Shown here piece by piece: positions 52,558-64,000 of a stretch of DNA of 64,000 nucleotides. Source of the stretch: Amoebidium appalachense (taxonomy: Eukaryota; Protista; Ichthyosporea). Positions within the stretch are counted from its first letter, which is position 1. Every line of letters begins with the position of its first letter. The stretch covers positions 4,305,957 to 4,369,956 of the forward strand of contig CAVNZM010000016.1 of assembly GCA_963693365.1 (NCBI GenBank). Reading direction: 5' to 3'. Both the position numbers and the translations under genes were made by a program. The notes below the pieces were generated by a model. The model was not told the origin of the DNA. It did no database searches and saw only the letters and a program-made list of their open reading frames with translations.

Positions 52558-53199
52558 CACAAACACCAAACACACACACACACACAGAAGGACAGGACAC
52601 TCTCCCACTCCTCCCAACCCCCCGGGCCCCCCCCAAACACACAGACACACACACACACACCGTACGCACACACGTTGACTTTTTCGGCCTGTTGATTGAT
52701 AACCGTATGTATCGGAGGGAGGACTTAAAGCTATTCAGAAAAGAATTCTTATCTGCTGCACAAAAGGGCTTTTCTTGTGCACAATGCATATGATAATTAC
52801 TAGCCTAAGTAGGGAAGCCACAGTCCCCCCCCCGAATCCTCCCCTCCCCCTCCCCCCCCCCCCTCCCCCCCCCCCCCTCCCCCCTTCTCCCCACCCGTTC
52901 CCCCCCCACCCCCCACCCCCTCCCCTCGCCACGTATGGTTCACGGGATAATAAAACCTAACTGAATAATAAGTCAAAAAAACACAATCCAACTGTTTGCG
53001 ACTGAAACGTTTTTTAGTTCTCGGTGAGCATGTGGTCACCATGAAGAATGTGTGAAGAGTGGGTTGGGGGTGGCCCGGGGGGAGGGGGGGGGGGGGGGGG
53101 GGAGGGGGGGGGGGGGGGGGGGGGGGGGGGAGAAGGAAATGAGAGAAAAGAGGTGGGTATCGGTTTGAGGGAGGAAGGGGGTTTAAAAAAAAGGGATAT

Positions 53200-55030
<1,831 letters not shown>

Positions 55031-55596
55031 CCTTTTGTATTTTTGTTTTCGTATTTTATTTTTGTGTTTCCCTTGTCAGACTAGGCATAGGGGACGTCGT
55101 GTTCGTAATAACACCTCATACAAGATCCTTTTTGGAATTTTTCGTAGTGGTTCAAGTTGGTTTGAATTGTCACGGTTACCTTGTTTGTTTGGCCGAGTTG
55201 CTTGCTATTGTTGTTCATTTTTTTAATTTTATTTTATTTTATTTTTTTTTGTTCTAGCTACATGCTGTGTTGTAGTTGACATTAACACAAGAGCGTATTA
55301 ATATTACTGCTTGGAGCAAGTTTATTCTGCCGCCGTGAGCAGAATAGTTCTGCTTTGCGGAATGACCCTGCTAAAAGCAGGATGATTCTGCTCAAAGCTA
55401 AGATGGTGGAAAAGAAGAAGAACGAGAAGAAGTAGAAATCACTAATAGAAATCATGACGGAAAAAAACCCACAAACAAGCACCAACAGTATACTATGCTA
55501 TATATTGTTAGTAACCAACCTATTTTCTTACCACCTGCCCGCCGTTTTAGGCTCAGTTGGTTTTCAGCATCACTGACTCGTAGCCCCTCCTCCTCC

Positions 55597-55646
<50 letters not shown>

Positions 55647-56468
55647 CCCCGCCCCTCCCCCCCCCCCCCCCCCCTTCCCCCATCCCCCCCTCCCCACCCC
55701 CCCTTAACCTCCTCCTTCCCTACCCTTACGATTGCGACCGATTACTAGCCCCTTCACCGGGGTATGCAGTATATCTCACCTTTCACGTGCGGCCCCACGA
55801 TACATACATTATCGGCATGATTGGAGTTTCAATTTTCTCCGATTACCCTTAATATGTTAATTGTGTTGGGCTACACTTCCACGGCATTAGAGGGGCTGCA
55901 AAACTAAATTTTCATCGAGTCCGCTATTGAATGATTAGAGAAAAGGGATACCGGCCTAGGTCTGTCCCCATGACTGGCAGTCAGCGGCCCCGAAAAAAGA
56001 CTTTAAAAACATGTGAATACTAGAATACCAAAGTCGATAAGGGATTCTTGGATTCACGGAACGGGGGGGAAGGGGGGAGGGGGAGGGTAGAGGTGGGGGG
56101 CAGGAAGGGGAGGAAGAGAAGGAGGAGGAGGGGGTGGGGGTGGGGGGGGGAGAAATAAAAAGTTGAATTAGTATTAACATCGAATTCGATGCCGCCCCCT
56201 GGTGGTTCCCCCCTCCCCGGACCTTCGGGGGATGAGGGATCCACCTACTCCCGGGGCGGATGGGTCATCACCCCCCCCCCCCCCCCCTCCCCCCCCTTCC
56301 CCCCCCCCCCCCCTTCCCCCCTCTCCCTCCCTCCTCCCCCTCCCCCCTCTTCCCGCCTCCCCCTCCCCCCGCTCCCCTCCCTTCAAAGGTTAAACAACAG
56401 AGGTGGGTGGACTACCGCCCTTCTCCTCCAGGGCGAGAGACCCATCTCGGCTGGTACGGTGTTGAGCC

Positions 56469-56506
<38 letters not shown>

Positions 56507-56752
56507 CCCCCTCCACAGGCGCACGAGCGCGTGCGTGCACACTTGATGGCCAAACATCTATCTGCCCCTTGATACCACACACCAACCTGTATTTGTTCGG
56601 GTCAACAATGATTGTGATTTTAGATTTTGGGAGGCAACGTTTTTGTGCTCGTCGCGAACGGTTCGTGAGTGTGGGGCAGTGCCCCCCCCCCCACCTCCCC
56701 CCCCCCCCCCCCCCCCCCCCCACCGGGAAGGGAGGGAGGGGGGGGGGGGGGG

Positions 56753-56785
<33 letters not shown>

Positions 56786-57526
56786 TGACCGCAATCTGTG
56801 GTCTGAGTTTCAGTTGACCAAGTGATTTGCTTAGCTTCAGTGTTTACGTATATATTTGGGGATGTATGTAAACCGTTGCTGAATTCTGCCATTCTCAAAT
56901 TTTGATAATGATATCTGATATAGTCCTCCCCCCTCCCCCCAGCCCCATGTGTGCGTGTGGGGACACTAAAGACGGGCCTCCTCATGCCCGACGAGGGGAA
57001 GGGGGAGGGGGGGGGGGGGGGGAGGGGGAGGGGGGGGGGGGGGGGGGGAGCATCGCCGTAGCCTGAGTTTTGGATCAAGGACTCCTCGAAGGAAGACCCA
57101 ACAGTTACTACTTCGGTGGGTGGTGGGTCATATCCCCCGCCCCCTCCCCCCCTTCCCCCTCCTCCCCCTCCCCCCCCCCCCTGCAACCCCCCTCCATCCC
57201 CACCCCAATCCCCCTCTCTTCCCCCCTCCCCTCCCCTCACCCACCCTAACCTACCCTCCCCAGCCCCCCCCCCCCCCCCCCCCCCCCCCTTCTCTCAAAA
57301 AAAAAAAAGAAAAAGAAAAGGAAAGAAACGTCACCACTACCCCCTCCCCCCCGCCTCCGCCCCCTCCCCCCCCTTCCCTCCCGCCCCCCTCTCTCACTCC
57401 CCCATCCCCTCCCCCCTCCTCCCTCCGTTTCCAAATCAGCGCTTCATTAGCACTATACTCTTGCGCTGGCAAATCAACAGCATTCGATTTTCACTTCACA
57501 CTCAACCTACCGCAAACACACATTGT

Positions 57527-57677
57527 GCACTGCAAAAGTCTCAGTAATTTTACTGTTACAGGGAATATGGATGAAGACATGACGACTTAATTTTACTGTT
57601 ACAGGGAATATGGAGCACTGCAAAAGTCTCAGTAATTTTACTGTTACAGGGAATATGGATGAAGACATGACGACTTT
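57527..57677. repeat. Recent complex tandem duplication
   Basis: GCACTGCAAAAGTCTCAGTAATTTTACTGTTACAGGGAATATGGATGAAGACATGACGACTT occurs twice, with a third partial copy in between. Confidence 0.9.
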
Positions 57678-58336
57678 CAGAAGAAAGAACAATGGAATAT
57701 CCATCTTGTTGTGTCTATGGCAACTGTATATACTGTGTATATCCCTTTTTGGCCCTGTCTGATGCCCAGATCGATGGAAATAAAATCCATTTTTTTAAAA
57801 TAAAATTCAATCCAATCCCTGTCTGAACTGCCTCACGGGCTGGCTGAGAAAAGATTTCAGTTGTTGTTAGGGCAGTTGGGAAGTTGGGGGGGAAGTATGG
57901 GGGGAAGGCGGGGAGAGGGGGGGGGGGGGGGGGGTAAGGGGGAGTTCGGTTTTTTTTTCGGTTTTTTTTTTGGGGGGGGGGGGGGGGGAGAGGGAGAGAG
58001 TTGGTTGAAGGGGGGAGGGAGGGGGAAGGGGTAGTTATTATAGGGCTTTCTCCCCGATCCCCTCTCCCCGGGGATTGGGGGCACCTGCCGGTATGGGTCG
58101 GTTCCCCCCCCCCCCCCCCCCCCCCCCTCCCCCCGCCCCAGCTGACAGTAGGGGTGATGGGTTCTTCTTTAAACCCCCCTCATCCACTCATTCCCCAATC
58201 CGAGATCTTCAGACATGTGGAATCGTATGTCAATATGTCTCCAAGTTGACCATGAAGGTTGCATGTTCATGCCAAAAGCCCAACTGTAAGGTAGCAGCAT
58301 GCTGAATGTCTGTCACAGTTTGATTACAGGGCAGGT

Positions 58337-58371
<35 letters not shown>

Positions 58372-58880
58372 GGATGGTGAGGGGGGGTTCTTTTGATCAG
58401 CAGCAGCACCGCAGGTTGTATGTGCTAGGTGTCAAAGGGGTACAGGAGGCATTGTCCCACGGCCAATACTACGCGGACATTAGATTTTCTAGTAAGCACC
58501 CTTTGGGAAGAACTTTCGGGATGCAATTTCCAAACGAATCGTATATGAAATGCCGCCAATCACAGCCTGAATGTCTGCCGCATCCAATGGCTATAAGACC
58601 CAGGCTCTCCCAGGCCTGCATCCCCCCCCCCCCCCCCCCCCTCCCTACCCGCTCCCCCTTCCCCTCCCCTCCTCCTCTTCCCCCCTCCCCCCCCCCCAAC
58701 CCCCCCATCCCCCCCCCCTCGGCCGCCGCCTCTCCTCTCGCCCTTCCGAAACCCCTCGGACCAGGCTCCCCATCCTGCTACAGCCTAGTTCTGACACCGT
58801 AGCATGGGTCCCCCCCCCCCCCCCCCCCCCCCCCCCTTTTACCCATCAACCCACCCACCCCCTCCCCCTCAATCCGCACC

Positions 58881-58917
<37 letters not shown>

Positions 58918-59167
58918 CTCCCCAGTGAAGGATTACGGCGGTGCGTGCAAGCAACACTTCATCTAGTACCCGGGAGGTGAAGCCGCAGGCATCCTGGTAT
59001 TCCTGGTATTTACCATTAATGGTGAATCCTGGTATTTACGTTGAATGGTGAAAGTGCGTGTTCAGCGCATCAACCCTCAAGGAAGTTTTATGTTACCAAA
59101 AAGTATTTGTCTCAGTATGAACACAATCAGAAAGTTGTGCCCATTGTAGTAGGCCCCCCGAAATCAC

Positions 59168-59485
59168 CTGCTTCCAATCTGGAATTGTCTGGTCTCTAGC
59201 CGAATGTGGATCCCTCCCCTGCGGGAGGAGTTCATACGTTAGACACACAGCTGACGGGTCTCAGTCTGTACAGCCTGCCCCATGCAATGCTACTTGTCAC
59301 ACCACCGTGGCTCTACCCAGCCCTTACATCCCCCCCCCCCCCCCCCCTCCTCTCCCCTCAAGTTACGAGTCATCCAACCGGGTCCGATCGTACCTGTCCA
59401 AACTTGATGGGGCCCGTGAGTCGACCTCACCTCCCCCCTCCCCCCCCCCCCCCACTCCCCCCTCCCCCCCCCCCTCCCCAATCTC

Positions 59486-59516
<31 letters not shown>

Positions 59517-60011
59517 ACCACCACCACCACCACCACCACCACCACCACCACCCACCCACCCACACACACACACACACATACAGAAAAAAAAAAGTTTGAA
59601 AAAGAAAATCCTCACCCCGCAGAAAACAAGCAAAGAAACCCACCTCCTTCAGAAATCATCACCCCCCCCCCCCCCCCCCCCTTCCCACGCACCCCCTTCA
59701 ACCCCTCCAGGCCCCCAGAGTCGGAGGTTCCTTTCCCAGGCTCCGTTCATATACCCCCCCCCCCCCCCCCCCCCCCCTCAGGCTCCCCTCCTCTTCCCCT
59801 TCCCTTTCCGAGGCGAGGAAGGGATGGACGGGGGAGGGTGTCGGGGTGGGGGTTGAGGAGCTTTATGATTGATTAAACCACGGAGGACTATCGAGATTGA
59901 AAGTTCAGTTCTCATCAGGCTCACGGGAAAAAGGTCACCTCGGTTACCCATTGAAACTGAATTCACATTCAGGCAGTCATGTTCTCTAGATCTTGTGGGA
60001 GGGTTTTTTCT

Positions 60012-60054
<43 letters not shown>

Positions 60055-60590
60055 AGCGTGTTTGTGTGTGTGGAGGGAGGAGGTGGAGGGCAAGGGGGAG
60101 GGGGGAAGGGGGGTGTAATAATGATCAGGGAATCTTTAAAGTGAAAAAAATGGGGACCGGGGAGGGGGGGGGGGGGGGGGGGGGGGGCGTGGCCCACATA
60201 AAGGTCGTGGGAACGGGCGGGGGGCAGGGGGGGGGGGGGGGGGGGGGGGGCAAGACACGGAAGGGGGAGGGGGAGGGGGCAGTAGAGAATGATTTTATTG
60301 AAATCCCCCCGGATACCCCCTCCCCCTCCCCCTCCCCCTTCTCCTCTCCCCCCCGGGGACCCACCTGTCCGAGTGGTGGTGGTGGTGGTGGTGGTGGTGG
60401 TGCCGTGGTGGGGGGCCGCGTACGCAAAATGTAGGAGCCGGAGCAGAGTCACAGTGGTGTGAAAGGTAGCACATCGATTGCACAGTCTGTACAGACTGAG
60501 ACCTTTTAGCTCCGTGTCTCACGTATGAATTCCTCTTGCAGGGAGGGACTCATATTCGACTGAGAACAGAAATGTCTGATTGGGAACAGG
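59168..60590. repeat. Diverged ~160-bp inverted repeat pair (59168-59330 and 60428-60590)
   Basis: The reverse complement of the left arm aligns with the right arm, e.g. GTGGTGTGA.A.GTAGCA, CTGTACAGACTGAGACC, ACGTATGAA.TCCTC..GCAGGG. Confidence 0.75.
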
Positions 60591-60794
60591 GACACGACAG
60601 ACTGATTAGTCTACACCGTGGGGGAATAAATCCTATTAGTCCAACACACAAGACTTCCTATTGGCTAAGTACGCACCCGAACCTTATATGCCATCATTGA
60701 ATTTCTATTGGTGTAGCAGGACTCGGGTGGAGGTGCTAGGTGAGTTGTGCCTTGTACGCACGATCGTGAAGTTTCATTTGGGGGGCCGGGGAGT

Positions 60795-60825
<31 letters not shown>

Positions 60826-61243
60826 GGGGAGGGGGGGGGGGGGGGGGCCGGGGAGGGGAGGGGGACTCGGAAGTGCACGGGTGGGATCAAAAGCAATGCC
60901 CCCCTCCCCCTCTCCTCTTTCCCCCCTCCCCCCCCCCCCTCCCCCCCCCCCCCCGACATCTTAGTACCTTTGCCTATGAGCGCCGCAAATGGAATCGGAT
61001 TGGAGCGATGCTATTGTGCTCACCTAAAGTATCACGAAATGTTTTGTGCGTAGTAATGATTCTGACGGTATCGCGGAAACATAGTGTGTGTCCTAGTGTG
61101 TGTTTGTTTTTGACAATGTGTGTGTGTGCACGACATCGTACCGTCGCATGATATATTCGGCATTGAATTCTGTGTGTGTGTGAACACTGTCGCAATCAGT
61201 GTGTGGATGAATGCCAGAATGGTCGCAACAATTGCAACTGGTA

Positions 61244-61312
<69 letters not shown>

Positions 61313-61368
61313 ACAGTGTGTGCACGTGTGTGTGTTCGGAGTGGAAGTGTGTGCGTGTGTGTGTACAC

Positions 61369-61415
<47 letters not shown>

Positions 61416-61747
61416 ACGTGTGTGTGAGTGTGTGTGACGCTGTGTGTGAACGGGTGTGTGTGCGTGCACGCGCATGCGTGCGTGCATGATTGCCACACGG
61501 TTTGTAAATGCTGAATTCGAGGATGTGTGTGCTATCCTGAGTTGCCACAATCACATTCAATCTGTATGTGTCTTAGCCCGGGCACACGTGTCATGTGTCC
61601 TCCGTAGCAAGTGCTGGGATATGTAGGTGTGAATGTTTTGTGTTGGTGTGTTGTTAGCCATGCATGCGTGCACGTGTGTACGCCAGAATGAGCGGAGGGA
61701 GGGGGGGGGGGGGGGGGGGGGGGGGAGGGGGGGGAGGGGGGGGGGGG

Positions 61748-61786
<39 letters not shown>

Positions 61787-62148
61787 GGGGGGGGGGGGGG
61801 GGGTTCTGAGAGAGATGCGAAGAGCCTCGGGGGACACGGGGGCATGGGGGCTCGAGAAAGAAAAAGACGGAGAGGGACGCAGGATGTCTGCCGCTTATAT
61901 TGTGCCACCATCATTTTGTGCATATACTGTGTGGCCCAACAAGCGAGCGAGCGTGCGTGCGTGGGTGTTGGTGAACGCCGTATGTGCATACATGTGCACG
62001 TGTTTATTTCAATGTTTTCTCCTGGTTTTGTTTGGCGTGTGTGTGCCGAGTGTGAGGCTTAGTTTGTATGTCAACGGATTGCACTTGAGTGCCTGTAGTG
62101 CATCTGAATGTTCGTGCTTAGCCTAGCGCTAACAATTTTTTTTTTCTA

Positions 62149-62209
<61 letters not shown>

Positions 62210-62263
62210 GCTCTCTCTCTCTCTCTCTCTCTCTCCCCCCCCCCCCCCTTTCCTCTCTCTCTT

Positions 62264-62489
<226 letters not shown>

Positions 62490-62684
62490 CTCTCTCGCTC
62501 TCTCTCTCTCTCTCTCCCTCTCTCTCTCTCACTCCCCTCACTCCCTCACTCTCTCCCTCCCTCCCTCTCTCTCCTTGTGTGTGTGAGAGAGTACACTGCC
62601 TGTGTCACGGTGTACATGTGTGTGTTGTGTGTGTGTGCCACGAATGTGTGTGTGTGTGCCGCATGCACGCAGTGTTTGTGCGTA

Positions 62685-62720
<36 letters not shown>

Positions 62721-62915
62721 ACAGTAGGCTGTGGGCCGGCATATGGGTGCCAATATCCTCATGTAATTCATGTTATAACAGACACCTATAACAGACCATA
62801 ATACGGGAACCTAGATTATTAGAAGTCATGCATAGCTAAAGTAGCAGTGATCGATTTCACGGAGCCCGGTGCAAGTGCCCGGTGCATGCCGGGTGGGCCC
62901 TGTGATGACCTCCCT

Positions 62916-62951
<36 letters not shown>

Positions 62952-63420
62952 ACTTCCCCCCCCCCCCCCCCCCCATAAACCCCTCCGAACCCTCCCCCTG
63001 TGACTCCCCCTCCCCCCCTCTAATATTCTCTCCCCCCCCCCCCCTCCCCCCCCCCCCTCCTCATCCGCCCATCCCCCCTTCGAATTCTCGCCGCCCCTCA
63101 TACCCGCTTCTTTTCTGCTCTCCACCTTCTTCTCCAAATTTAAGATTCTTAGACGCCCTGAATTAACGAAAGGACAAACCGAACAAGTTGCTTTGGCGCT
63201 ATTTGGTGAGCTAGAACGTTAGTGGATAGTATGACTGGCCGCCAGCTGCAGATCTATATGGGATCATGACACGGACCGTGATCACGAGGTCGGACCGCGG
63301 CTTCGGGCCTGGGGGTCCCGTCGTTACGGGACGCGTTCAGAGAGAGACGTCGACAGAGAAGAGGGAGGTGGAGGAAGGAGGAGGAGGGGGGGGCGGGGGG
63401 AGGGGGGGGGGAGGGGGAAG

Positions 63421-63536
<116 letters not shown>

Positions 63537-63628
63537 GAGAGAGAGAGGGGGGGAGAGAGAGAGAGAGAGAGGGAGAGAGAGAGAGTCGGACAGAGAGAGA
63601 GAGAGGGGAGAGAGAGAGCGAGAGAGAG

Positions 63629-63709
<81 letters not shown>

Positions 63710-63753
63710 AAGAGAGAGAGAGGGAGAGAAAGAGAAAGAGGGAAAGGGGGGGG

Positions 63754-63806
<53 letters not shown>

Positions 63807-63820
63807 CCCAGAGAGAGGGA

Positions 63821-63879
<59 letters not shown>

Positions 63880-64000
63880 GCCGGTCGGGACCAGTGGTGT
63901 CGCGGGCGCTTTCCCGCCGTCACGGTGCATGTCAGCATGTGGCTGAGGCTACTATCCGCGACACTTGAGTTGATCATGAGCACGTGCACTGCAAGCTCAG

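Noticed and set aside
58385-58620. Minus-strand DNAS peptide suggesting a pogo/DDE transposase remnant
   Set aside because: Needs frameshifts and lacks the downstream PPNTT/QPLD motif.
61695-61803. Very long G-runs as functional G-quadruplex arrays
   Set aside because: Such runs are ubiquitous here and their length and purity may be long-read base-calling artefacts, so no locus-specific claim can be made.

Overview
Eukaryotic genomic DNA with GT-AG spliceosomal introns and a very high density of (CA)n, (GA)n, poly-G and poly-C tracts. The taxon cannot be fixed from this window, although the DTC-type mitochondrial carrier argues for a non-animal eukaryote. Nearly all ORF-track entries are microsatellite artefacts. 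Reading splice sites by hand gives five intact genes: a 2-exon HAD-family phosphatase (-), a 5-exon mitochondrial di/tricarboxylate carrier (-), a 13-exon TBC1D20/Gyp8-like tail-anchored RabGAP (-) head-to-head with a 3-exon DAD1/OST2 (+), and a 5-exon secreted coiled-coil plus thioredoxin protein with an atypical WSGQC site (-). Intron 2 of DAD1 holds four sense-strand copies of a ~133-nt RNA with box H/ACA snoRNA architecture. Mobile DNA includes two non-autonomous hAT-like elements with 8-bp TSDs (one carrying a TATA/Inr promoter and a gene 5' end), a 31-bp perfect palindrome with its own 8-bp TSD, foldback and Tc1-like MITEs, a decayed DIRS1-type retrotransposon (RNase H plus Dam-like methylase), and a ~395-bp structured interspersed repeat. 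Exon edges (donors, acceptors, stop codons) are repeatedly amplified in tandem into the neighbouring intron or UTR.
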